NCBI RefSeq assembly: GCF_016806735.1
Contig: NZ_CP060530.1
Location: 630,001 to 662,000 of the forward strand
Direction of reading: 5' to 3'
DNA: 32,000 nucleotides
Source: Candidatus Micrarchaeum sp.
GTDB taxonomy: Archaea > Micrarchaeota > Micrarchaeia > Micrarchaeales > Micrarchaeaceae
Below, piece after piece: positions 1 through 7,280 of this stretch (position 1 is the first letter of the stretch; the number at the start of each line of letters is the position of its first letter). The position numbers were made by a program, and so were the translations under genes. The notes under the pieces are model-generated. The model was not told where the DNA came from. It saw only the letters and a program-made list of their open reading frames with translations, and ran no database searches.

Positions 1-398
1 GCGCAGCTGCTTATTCCCTTGCCTATGAACTGCTTTTCAGATGGTATGCCTAGCCATTTTGCAGATGCGCCAGTTGCTATTATAACGCTGTTTGCAAGGT
101 ATTCCTGCGAAGGCGTTTTGACCTTGAAGGGCTTCTGGGAGAAGTCTACGCTTTCCACATTCTCCCCTATGAACCTCGCTCCGAATTTCTCAGCCTGCTT
201 TCGCATCAGGTCTATGAGCTCAGACCCATAGATGCCATCTGGAAAAGCAGGAAAGTTTTCAACCACTGTGGTGAGTAATAGCTGCCCTCCAGCTTCTACA
301 CCGGTTATTACTAGGGGCTTGAAGTCTTCTCTTGCCGTATACAAGGCCGCACTCAGCCCGGCAGGGCCCGATCCTATTATTATTACGTTTTCAACCAT
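1..398 (-). CDS. trxB: thioredoxin-disulfide reductase, N-terminal part; the gene runs off the left edge
   Basis: Not in the ORF track because it is open at the window edge. My reverse translation from the ATG (complement of 396-398) gives MVENVIIIGSGPAGLSAALYTAREDFKPLVITGVEAGGQLLLTTVVENFPAFPDGIYGSELIDLMRKQAEKFG...KGISSC. It has the GSGPAG dinucleotide fold and the GGQL..T..VENFP motif typical of low-Mr TrxR. The window ends at the start of the CxxC region. Confidence 0.85.
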   Translation of the reverse strand, partial: MVENVIIIGSGPAGLSAALYTAREDFKPLVITGVEAGGQLLLTTVVENFPAFPDGIYGSELIDLMRKQAEKFGARFIGENVESVDFSQKPFKVKTPSQEYLANSVIIATGASAKWLGIPSEKQFIGKGISSC

Positions 399-511
399 TT
401 AGACCACTTTGAATGAATTATCAGGGCTGAAAATCCATGATAATGCATATATTACACCATTTTGTTTTTAAGGTATTTAAAGCTTGTTTGATATATTGAT
501 ATGGCGACCGG

Positions 512-1465
512 ATGCATGAAGAAAAGGCAATGACAATATCGCTTGACGCGAAGCTAAAAGGCTCTGACATGGATTTTGTATCTCATGCGCACAGCGACCA
601 CATAGCCGCAGTCAAGAGCTCGGAATCGATGCTATGCAGCACCCAGACTGCAGAGCTGATAAGCACAGCCTACGGAATTGCACCCAAGCTTGTTGGCTCC
701 AAACCCGAAGGAGTTGGGCTTTACGATTCAGGCCATATGCTAGGCTCAAAACAGCTGTACATTGAAAACGACGGAGAAGGCCACAGCCTAGTTTATAGCG
801 GCGACTTTCAGATGATGAAAAGTGTTACTGCAGCACCCATAAGTATAAGGAATGCGGACTGCCTCATAATAGATTCTACCTATCCCGACCCTAGGATAAG
901 ATTCGACGCAAGAGAGGAAGTTGAAACCGCTTTGGCCAGGTGGGTTGCCAGAGCATTAAAGAGCGGCATAGTGCTTTTCAAGGCTTATGCAATGGGCAAA
1001 GCGCAGGAACTCATAAAAATACTGAACAACGCCGGCATAACCCCCGTTGTGAACAAGAAAATAAGTGCCATAAATAAGATTTATGTAAAGAACAAGATAG
1101 GCCTTGATTATGCCTCTGCGTATGACGAAGGAAGCGACTACGAGAGCATATTAAAGAACAATTTCGTCGGCATAGTAGATTCAAGGAATTTCGGTAACCT
1201 TGTTGAAGCAGTAGGCTACGCACACAGGAAACGGGTTTACACTTCAACTGCCACTGGATTCGCAAAAAGCTTCAGGTTCAATGTTGATGCGCAGTTCTGC
1301 CTCAGCGACCACGCCGATTTCAGGCAAAGCTTGGAATACATAGATGCCGTTTCCCCGAAAAAGATATACACTTACGGTCCGAACAGGGATATATTTGCAG
1401 CCAATCTTTCTGCTCTGGGCTACAACGCAGAACCGTACCAGAAAAAGGCCATAGATGCGTTCTGA
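512..1465 (+). CDS. metallo-beta-lactamase fold / beta-CASP-like nuclease (SNM1 or ligase-associated exonuclease type)
   Basis: 317 aa. HAHSDH (HxHxDH) lies very near the N-terminus. Other motifs are DSGHMLGS, DSTY and a C-terminal SDHAD. The alternative start at ATG 530 cannot be excluded. Confidence 0.7.
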   Translation: MHEEKAMTISLDAKLKGSDMDFVSHAHSDHIAAVKSSESMLCSTQTAELISTAYGIAPKLVGSKPEGVGLYDSGHMLGSKQLYIENDGEGHSLVYSGDFQMMKSVTAAPISIRNADCLIIDSTYPDPRIRFDAREEVETALARWVARALKSGIVLFKAYAMGKAQELIKILNNAGITPVVNKKISAINKIYVKNKIGLDYASAYDEGSDYESILKNNFVGIVDSRNFGNLVEAVGYAHRKRVYTSTATGFAKSFRFNVDAQFCLSDHADFRQSLEYIDAVSPKKIYTYGPNRDIFAANLSALGYNAEPYQKKAIDAF

Positions 1466-1551
1466 TGTGCACACCAAATAATCGGCAATAGTGGCAGAAG
1501 CGCAATATATATGGCACAGTAGTTGCCCATCCTGTGCAATGTTGCTGAAAT

Positions 1552-1719
1552 TTACTGTGATGCAAGCTTTTCTCTGCAGACTTTCTTTGACTGCTTCCAC
1601 ACATCCCATGCGAGGGCGAACCTTATTATTTCCATTTCACTGCCATTTGTTGCCTTTTCCAGGGTTATTTTATACTTGCTTTCCATGTATTCTAAAAACT
1701 CCTTGTCATATTTTTCCAT
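1552..1719 (-). CDS. possible 55-aa small protein, hypothetical
   Basis: Internal ATG of the 97-aa track ORF gives MEKYDKEFLEYMESKYKITLEKATNGSEMEIIRFALAWDVWKQSKKVCREKLASQ. The composition is protein-like and it lies in a 399-bp gap downstream of msrA. I saw no Shine-Dalgarno site and no recognisable family. Confidence 0.2.
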   Translation of the reverse strand: MEKYDKEFLEYMESKYKITLEKATNGSEMEIIRFALAWDVWKQSKKVCREKLASQ

Positions 1720-1864
1720 ATCAATCAAACTTATTTTGAACCTAATTGTTAAGAATGTGCATATATCAAATTTGCATACTTGCCACATGCAAAAAGTCGC
1801 AAAATAAGCCAAGTAGATTCTGGCGCTTTCCACAAACATGTGCAACGGATTTTTATGTTTGATA

Positions 1865-2392
1865 TCATGCTTTTATGCCGAACTCCTTGCGTATTTTTGA
1901 AAGCTTAGGGCCTATCACAAACATACAATACGGCTGGAACCTGTTGTTCTCATAATAATTTTTGTGATAATCTTCCGCTTCATAGAATTCATCGAGCTTT
2001 CTCACTTCGGTAAGAATGGGCTTTTTGAATTCTGGCACAATCTTCTTTATGTATTCATCTATAACACCCTTTTCCGGATCGTCTTCGTAGAGTATTATTG
2101 ACCTGTATTGTTCTCCGACATCTGCGCCCTGTTTATTCTTAGAGGTAGGATCGTGCATTGCGAAATATATTTGCAATAGCTTTTCTAAGGTTATTTCCGA
2201 AGGGGAGTATTCTATCATTGCGACTTCTGCGTGCCCGGTCTTTCCAGAGCAAACTTCTTTATAGGTTGGATTTTTCACATGGCCTCCAGCATAGCCTGGA
2301 GTTATTTTCTTTATTCCCGGAAACAGCTTGAATACGGCTTCAGTGCACCAAAAGCAGCCCGCGCCTAGATATATTTTCTTTGTTTCTCCCAT
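1865..2392 (-). CDS. msrA: peptide-methionine (S)-S-oxide reductase
   Basis: 175 aa. It has the GAGCFWCTEAVF active-site motif, GYAGG, HAEV and the YHKNYY C-terminal region. Confidence 0.95.
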   Translation of the reverse strand: MGETKKIYLGAGCFWCTEAVFKLFPGIKKITPGYAGGHVKNPTYKEVCSGKTGHAEVAMIEYSPSEITLEKLLQIYFAMHDPTSKNKQGADVGEQYRSIILYEDDPEKGVIDEYIKKIVPEFKKPILTEVRKLDEFYEAEDYHKNYYENNRFQPYCMFVIGPKLSKIRKEFGIKA

Positions 2393-2536
2393 AAAAATCG
2401 GTTTAATGCTTTATGACACTTTATTCTTATAATGTTGGAAGGTTTTAAAACCTTTCAACTTTTTATAGGCCGATCAAGTTATAAACAGCATACCGGCATG
2501 AGCAGATTAATCCTATGCATATGCTTTGAAATTAAA

Positions 2537-2611
2537 TGGGCCCGGAGAGATTTGAACTCTCGACCTTCCGATTATCAGTCGGACGCTCCAACCATGCTAA
2601 GCTACGAGCCC
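2537..2611 (-). tRNA. tRNA-Ile (anticodon GAT), 75 nt, no encoded CCA
   Basis: Minus-strand sequence is GGGCTCGTAGCTTAGCATGGTTGGAGCGTCCGACTGATAATCGGAAGGTCGAGAGTTCAAATCTCTCCGGGCCCA. The acceptor stem is GGGCTCG/CGGGCCC. The anticodon stem is TCCGA/TCGGA with loop CTGATAA. The T-arm is GAGAG-TTCAAAT-CTCTC, and the D-loop has GG. Confidence 0.9.
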
Positions 2612-2645
2612 GCAGAAACCAATTATTATGTGAGAAAAGCTTTAA

Positions 2646-3263
2646 TTAGCTTAGAGATAATTTTACCTCTGTTACCTTTCCCATCGGCTCCTCTTCCTTG
2701 AATACCTGTGTCGTGAACTTGTAGAGCCTTACGTTTTTCTGCTTCCAGTAATCTTCGGGTATGCCTGCCTTTTCGCATACCGCGTCGAGAAATTTCTCTG
2801 CATCCCATTTTTCTTCGACGGCAACAACTAGCAGAAGGAGGCCGCTGTATATCCCATACTCTATCATTAGGCCATCCCTGCCTGTCTTTACAGACTTGAG
2901 CTTCTCTTTTTCAGTTCCAGAAATTGGCTCGAGCTCGGACAAAATGCTTACTTCTATTATCAGTTCCGTTAGCTCGTTGAAAGAAATAGGGACAAACCTC
3001 GGATCATCAAACGCCGCAGATATCGCAGAATCTACAACTGCCCTGGCCAGAGTAGTTGAAGGGCGAGGGAATCCTACACAACCCCGTAAGGCTTCCGTAG
3101 GGTAATGCGATAGTGTTACGAATGCGCCTGATGGCCAATCAAAACCTTTTATGCTTTCGTATATTACGGTTTTCTTAGATATCGGGCTCTTGAGAGCCAG
3201 TTCTATTGCATTCCTTGCAGCATGCACAAGCTCTTCCCCTTCCCTGAGCGTAAGTTTTTTCAC
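2646..3263 (-). CDS. AMMECR1 domain protein
   Basis: 205 aa with the LRGCVGFP motif and the overall AMMECR1 pattern. GTG start is preceded by GGTGTTTGA (complement of 3264-3272). Confidence 0.85.
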   Translation of the reverse strand: MKKLTLREGEELVHAARNAIELALKSPISKKTVIYESIKGFDWPSGAFVTLSHYPTEALRGCVGFPRPSTTLARAVVDSAISAAFDDPRFVPISFNELTELIIEVSILSELEPISGTEKEKLKSVKTGRDGLMIEYGIYSGLLLLVVAVEEKWDAEKFLDAVCEKAGIPEDYWKQKNVRLYKFTTQVFKEEEPMGKVTEVKLSLS

Positions 3264-3346
3264 TCAAACACCACGGCACGCAAATGCCAATAGATAATGT
3301 AGAGGAGCAATAATTTATAGGTGATGCAGCAAAACTTCTATATAAG

Positions 3347-3829
3347 GTGGCAAGGGTTTGCATGAACGCCAAAAAAACCAAAGACAGTTCGAAATACACG
3401 ATATATACCGATGGAGCTGCACGTGGCAATCCTGGGGAAAGCGCTTCGGGATTTTCTGTTTTCGACGATAACGGGAAAGAGGTAATAAGCATAAGCTTTT
3501 ACAACGGGATAAAGACCAATAATTTCGCCGAATACACTGCAATAATAAAGGCGCTGGAATGGTGCGAAGCCAATTTAAGAAGTCCGGAAAACGCTGATCT
3601 TGCCTTCGTATCGGACAGCGAACTGGTTGTCAGGCAATTAAACGGCAAGTATAAGGTAAGGTCCAGCGAAATGGCAAGCCTCAACGCCACAGTCAAGGAG
3701 CTTTCGAAATGGTTCAGGAGCGTAGAGTTCATGAACCGGAGGAGGAGTGACAAAGGCATAAGCAATGTCGACAAGAAACTTAACGAACTGCTAGACAGGA
3801 TAGCAGAAGAAAGAAACAAAAAACATTAA
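3347..3829 (+). CDS. rnhA: ribonuclease HI (type 1 RNase H)
   Basis: Motifs are YTDGAARGNPG, AEYTAIIKALEW and SDSELVVRQLNGKYKV, matching the DEDD-type RNase H fold. The start may be ATG 3362 rather than GTG 3347. Confidence 0.85.
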   Translation: MARVCMNAKKTKDSSKYTIYTDGAARGNPGESASGFSVFDDNGKEVISISFYNGIKTNNFAEYTAIIKALEWCEANLRSPENADLAFVSDSELVVRQLNGKYKVRSSEMASLNATVKELSKWFRSVEFMNRRRSDKGISNVDKKLNELLDRIAEERNKKH

Positions 3830-3879
3830 ATAGGAGAATATACAAGCTAATATTAGCTCGTATGCGTTTAAAGTGACTT

Positions 3880-5394
3880 TTGATGGCTGAAGAAAGCAAC
3901 GGCAAGAGGGAGGTCAATCCCGAAGCCAAGGAACATTGGAGAAAGGGCAATTCGCTTTTTGAATCAAGCAAGTTCACAGAAGCTATAGCAGAGTTCAACG
4001 AGGCAATACAGATAGATCCAGAATATTCTGACGCTTACTTCAACAGGGCTTTGACAGAGAGGCTGATGCACAAATACGAAGAGGCCAAGGCCGATTTGCA
4101 GAAAGTCATGGAACTTGAGCCAAAGAGCCCGGACGCGCCCCTTCTTTATGGTGATATGGCGGAGGCGAGCAATGACCTCGTCGGGGCAAAATATTGGTAC
4201 GAAAAATCCCTTTCCATAGACCAAAACTATTCCGAGGCAAAGAGCAGGCTGGAGCACATAGACTCGCTGATGCATGTAGATCTGTCGAATACAGGTACGA
4301 CTAAGAGTGGCATCCAGCAAACTCAGCAGGTACAGAAGCCCGAGGAAGAAAAAGAAGTCATAGAAGAGGGCCAAATAAAGAAGCTGCCGTTTTACAAGTC
4401 AAATACGAAGTTTGATTCGGTAATAGGGCTTGAAAAGGTCAAGACATACCTGCACGACAACGTCGTGCTTGCGATACAGCACCCTGAGCTTTTCAGAAAA
4501 TATGGAAAGGAGCTTGGGCTCGGACTATTACTGTATGGGCCACCGGGAACGGGAAAGACCCACACAGTAAATGCCATAGCTGGAGAAGCAGGAGCAAACG
4601 TAATAGTCGCCCAGATAAACCAGATTGTGGACATGTATACGGGCAATACGGAAAAGAACCTGAAGGCGATATTTGAGCAGGCCAGGAAGAATCCGCCTTG
4701 CATAATATTTTTCGACGAACTTGATGCTCTCGGAGTCAAGAGAGGAGGCGGAGGCGGCGGAGACAACAACAGCTCGATGAGAATGGCCGTCAACGAATTC
4801 CTAACGCAGATGAACGGCATACAAACCAATCCCGAAGGCATATTTGTCATAGGCGCCACGAACCAGCCATGGGACATAGACCCTGCGCTCAAGAGGAGCG
4901 GAAGGTTTGGTGACAGCGTTTATATAGCGCCACCGAATTACAAAGACAGGAAGGAGCTTTTCAAGCTTTACACGAACAACAAGCCTAGGGCTGGCCTAAA
5001 GTACGGAAGGCTGGCAAGGGGCACAAGCGGCTATTCGCCGGCCGACATAAAAAGGATATGCGACAAGGCAGCTATGAGGCCGCTGCTTCACGAGTACCAG
5101 TACAATAAAGAGCGCAAGCTCACCATGGCAGACATGATGGCAGTGCTGAAGGACAAGGACAGCAGCGGCAGTTCTTTGGACGAGTGGTACTCGATGGTCA
5201 AGAAGGACGTAATAAGCAAGACAGAAACGCAGATTGTCGACGGGAAGAAGCAGGAGATAGTCAAGGAGGGCAAGCTTGACGCCCAGGAGAAGGTATTATA
5301 CAAGGCAATGGTAAAGGATATTAAAAAGAACACGAGCCCGACGAGAATAAGGATCAAGAAGTTCATGCGCTGGTGGGCAATCCACCTTTTCTGA
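3880..5394 (+). CDS. TPR-repeat AAA+ ATPase
   Basis: The N-terminal ~130 aa are TPR-like (AIAEFNEAIQIDPEYSDAYFNRA..., KVMELEPKSPDA..., YEKSLSIDQNYSEA). Walker A is GPPGTGKT and Walker B is IIFFDELD. GATNQPWDIDPALKRSGRF marks the second region of homology. The likely start is ATG 3883. Confidence 0.85.
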   Translation: MMAEESNGKREVNPEAKEHWRKGNSLFESSKFTEAIAEFNEAIQIDPEYSDAYFNRALTERLMHKYEEAKADLQKVMELEPKSPDAPLLYGDMAEASNDLVGAKYWYEKSLSIDQNYSEAKSRLEHIDSLMHVDLSNTGTTKSGIQQTQQVQKPEEEKEVIEEGQIKKLPFYKSNTKFDSVIGLEKVKTYLHDNVVLAIQHPELFRKYGKELGLGLLLYGPPGTGKTHTVNAIAGEAGANVIVAQINQIVDMYTGNTEKNLKAIFEQARKNPPCIIFFDELDALGVKRGGGGGGDNNSSMRMAVNEFLTQMNGIQTNPEGIFVIGATNQPWDIDPALKRSGRFGDSVYIAPPNYKDRKELFKLYTNNKPRAGLKYGRLARGTSGYSPADIKRICDKAAMRPLLHEYQYNKERKLTMADMMAVLKDKDSSGSSLDEWYSMVKKDVISKTETQIVDGKKQEIVKEGKLDAQEKVLYKAMVKDIKKNTSPTRIRIKKFMRWWAIHLF

Positions 5395-5395
5395 A

Positions 5396-5467
5396 GGCCT
5401 TAGCCGGGAGTTGAACCCGGGCTTGAAGATCCACAGTCTTCCGTGCTAGCCGTTACACCACTAAGGC
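5396..5467 (-). tRNA. tRNA-His (anticodon GTG), 72 nt, no encoded CCA and no encoded G-1
   Basis: Minus-strand sequence is GCCTTAGTGGTGTAACGGCTAGCACGGAAGACTGTGGATCTTCAAGCCCGGGTTCAACTCCCGGCTAAGGCC. The acceptor stem is GCCTTAG/CTAAGGC with discriminator C. The anticodon loop is CTGTGGA. The T-arm is CCGGG-TTCAACT-CCCGG. The 3' end lies 2 nt from the stop codon of the convergent AAA+ gene. Confidence 0.9.
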
Positions 5468-5690
5468 GCGCTTATTTATTAACGCCAAGATTATTTATCC
5501 TTACGCATTTATGCCTTTTGTTTTTACAGCCTCGATCATTATAGGCTTGTGTCTTGCTGCGAAAAATTTCTCTCTGATGGCATAGAAGGATTTAAATACT
5601 GCGGAAAAAATTTCATGGGAACGTATAAATATTAAAATACTGAAATCTTCAAGTGGAATGCTGATGATACATCAGAGAACAATGCAAAAC

Positions 5691-5703
5691 ATTATTTATT
5701 TAA
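5691..5703 (+). promoter_or_regulatory. TATA-like box for tRNA-Leu
   Basis: ATTATTTATTTAA is centred about 26 nt upstream of the tRNA 5' end at 5723. Confidence 0.4.
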
Positions 5704-5722
5704 CGCAGGCAAACTATACTGC

Positions 5723-5825
5723 GCAGGGATGGCGGAGCCTGGTCAAACGCGACGGACTCAAGATCCGTTGGCTTAGGTCTACGGGAGTTCAAAATAATAT
5801 TTATGGACAAATCTCCCTCCCTGCA
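5723..5825 (+). tRNA. tRNA-Leu (anticodon CAA), class II, with an 18-nt intron inside the T-loop
   Basis: The acceptor stem is GCAGGGA/TCCCTGC with discriminator A. The D-arm region is GGCGGAGCCTGGTCAAACGC. The anticodon stem is ACGGA/TCCGT with loop CTCAAGA, followed by a long variable arm. The T-stem pairs GGGAG (5783-5787) with CTCCC (5813-5817), but 25 nt separate them instead of 7. Removing 18 nt restores TTCAAAT. Track ORF 5658..5879 is spurious. Confidence 0.85.
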
Positions 5826-5879
5826 CATTATGTTTACTCTTGCTTTAGTTTCATGATCACGTTTACCGAGGTGTTATAA

Positions 5880-6542
5880 ATGGCGAAAAAAGAGTCACAG
5901 AATAAGACGAAGAGAAAATTGGCCAAGGGAAAGCTTTACGAAATACCGAATTATGCGCAGTCGGAAGAATTCACAAGCTCTGCAGCGTGCGCCATAATGG
6001 TATTGAAATACATAAACAAAAATTTCAAGCCCAAAAAGGAGGATGAATTTTCCATATGGAACGAAGCTGTTAACGGCAGCGTATGGCACGGGTCAAAGTA
6101 CGGACTGGCATATGCAATGTCGAAGAGAGGAGCCAAGCTGCACATAGTCAGCAGCAATCAGAAAGATGAAGGATACGAGCGCAAGCTGGCGGTTTACGAA
6201 GGGATAAACCTAGATACGTTGAGATCGTCTTTCAATGAGATAAAGGAAAAGACAAAGACCGCAGGCATAAAGGAAGTGCATGGCATCATCACAGTAAATA
6301 CTGTTAAGAACACCATCAACAACGGCAACATACCAATACTCCTTGTAGACGCGAACAAGATAAATCCATATCTGGACTCGTCTCCGCACTGGATAGTAGT
6401 CAAGGGCTATGACGAGGATTCTTTTTACATAAACGACCCGTATTCGGATAGCACCATAGCCATAGAGCCCAACGCGCTCAAAGAAGCCATAGGGTACGAG
6501 AATGAATACCACATGGTAGTAGTAAAAGCAAGCAGAAGATAA
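5880..6542 (+). CDS. papain-like cysteine peptidase, C39-like domain protein
   Basis: 220 aa. The candidate catalytic set is in C39 order: Q in NYAQSEE, C in TSSAACAIMVL, H in SPHWIVVKGYD, D in YINDP. GAGGTG lies 6 nt before the ATG. Confidence 0.6.
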   Translation: MAKKESQNKTKRKLAKGKLYEIPNYAQSEEFTSSAACAIMVLKYINKNFKPKKEDEFSIWNEAVNGSVWHGSKYGLAYAMSKRGAKLHIVSSNQKDEGYERKLAVYEGINLDTLRSSFNEIKEKTKTAGIKEVHGIITVNTVKNTINNGNIPILLVDANKINPYLDSSPHWIVVKGYDEDSFYINDPYSDSTIAIEPNALKEAIGYENEYHMVVVKASRR

Positions 6543-6550
6543 ACGGGCAA

Positions 6551-6576
6551 TTTTCCTTTTTCTTTTTTATTTTATT
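6551..6576 (+). terminator. oligo-T termination tract
   Basis: TTTTCCTTTTTCTTTTTTATTTTATT begins 9 nt after the stop of the peptidase gene. Confidence 0.5.
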
Positions 6577-6699
6577 AGGTTGTTTGCACTATTTTTAAAT
6601 TTCTTTTTGGCGTTTTGCAGGTGCTGAGAATTGGCGTCTTATTTTCATAACGCTAGATCGTGCATAAAAACCAATCCCATAATTTAAAAAGAAAAAAAG

Positions 6700-6735
6700 A
6701 AAAGGCAGCCATCCAATATTCCAATGCTGCCTTTT
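6700..6735 (-). terminator. hairpin plus T-run terminator
   Basis: A perfect 10-bp inverted repeat pairs AAAAGGCAGC (6700-6709) with GCTGCCTTTT (6726-6735), with a 16-nt loop. On the minus strand the stem overlaps the TAA stop of the zinc-ribbon gene by 2 nt and is followed by TTTTCTTTTTTTCTTTTT. Confidence 0.5.
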
Positions 6736-7123
6736 ACATCATTTGCTGCACTACGCTTTCGTGCAGCGTTCTTTTCATCAAAGCTCTTTCGTTCCTGCGC
6801 TTTGCAACCGCCGGCCTGGCTTTTGCCCTGCTTGCCATCGAAGCATAGCACTCGATGCAGGCTAGCCTGCTTTCCAGAGGTATTACGGCTTCCCCGAAGG
6901 ATTTTGAAGGCAGGACCATTTTCACTTCTCCCTTTTTCAAAATCTTGCCGCATATTGCGCAGAGGTTCTTTTCAGCGCGGTCGAGGCCGAGCTTGGCAGC
7001 ACAATCCTTGCAGTATGCTCTGCCCTTGGGCCTCATGACCCTGTCCGAAGGACTGTATGTGGCTACGCCACATCTTTCGCAAGGTATGACTCCTGCTTTA
7101 TATTCCCCCATTGTTTTCCCCAC
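6734..7123 (-). CDS. double zinc-ribbon protein, hypothetical
   Basis: Four CxxC pairs are present: CERC...CKDC and CAIC...CIEC. The C-terminal tail is basic. The start may be ATG 7111 (MGEYKAG...) rather than GTG 7123. Confidence 0.6.
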   Translation of the reverse strand: MGKTMGEYKAGVIPCERCGVATYSPSDRVMRPKGRAYCKDCAAKLGLDRAEKNLCAICGKILKKGEVKMVLPSKSFGEAVIPLESRLACIECYASMASRAKARPAVAKRRNERALMKRTLHESVVQQMM

Positions 7124-7280
7124 ATTGTTTTTGCACCCGCTTCAATACTATTTTGTTTTAACCACTATATATACTTTTGCAGGGATAAAAAATTCCGCTA
7201 ATAATCGCAACACAATAGTTTTTACCTCTACAAGAATCAAAAAAACTCCAGAAAGCTTTTTAAATGCCGGGAAGTTCCGA

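Noticed and set aside
4741-4764. A GGN-repeat DNA tract encodes Gly6 in the AAA+ gene, and an Ala/Asn-rich tract lies in E2 at about 24930-25010. Either could be a simple-sequence repeat or slippage site.
   Set aside because: Both are in frame and correspond to plausible flexible protein linkers. The tracts are short and not perfectly periodic.
5572-5680. There are C/D-box-like words: CTGATGG at 5572-5578, CTGA at 5639-5642, CTGATGA at 5661-5667, and a CTGATG-ATA-CATCAG hairpin.
   Set aside because: There is no properly spaced C, D', C', D arrangement and no terminal stem. The boxes are imperfect. The region is better explained as divergent tRNA promoters.
5658-5879. A 73-aa ORF from the track overlaps the tRNA-Leu locus. 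The 89-aa ORF at 2432..2701 likewise covers tRNA-Ile.
   Set aside because: The reading frames run straight through well-formed tRNA cloverleaves and promoter DNA, so the tRNA interpretation explains the sequence.
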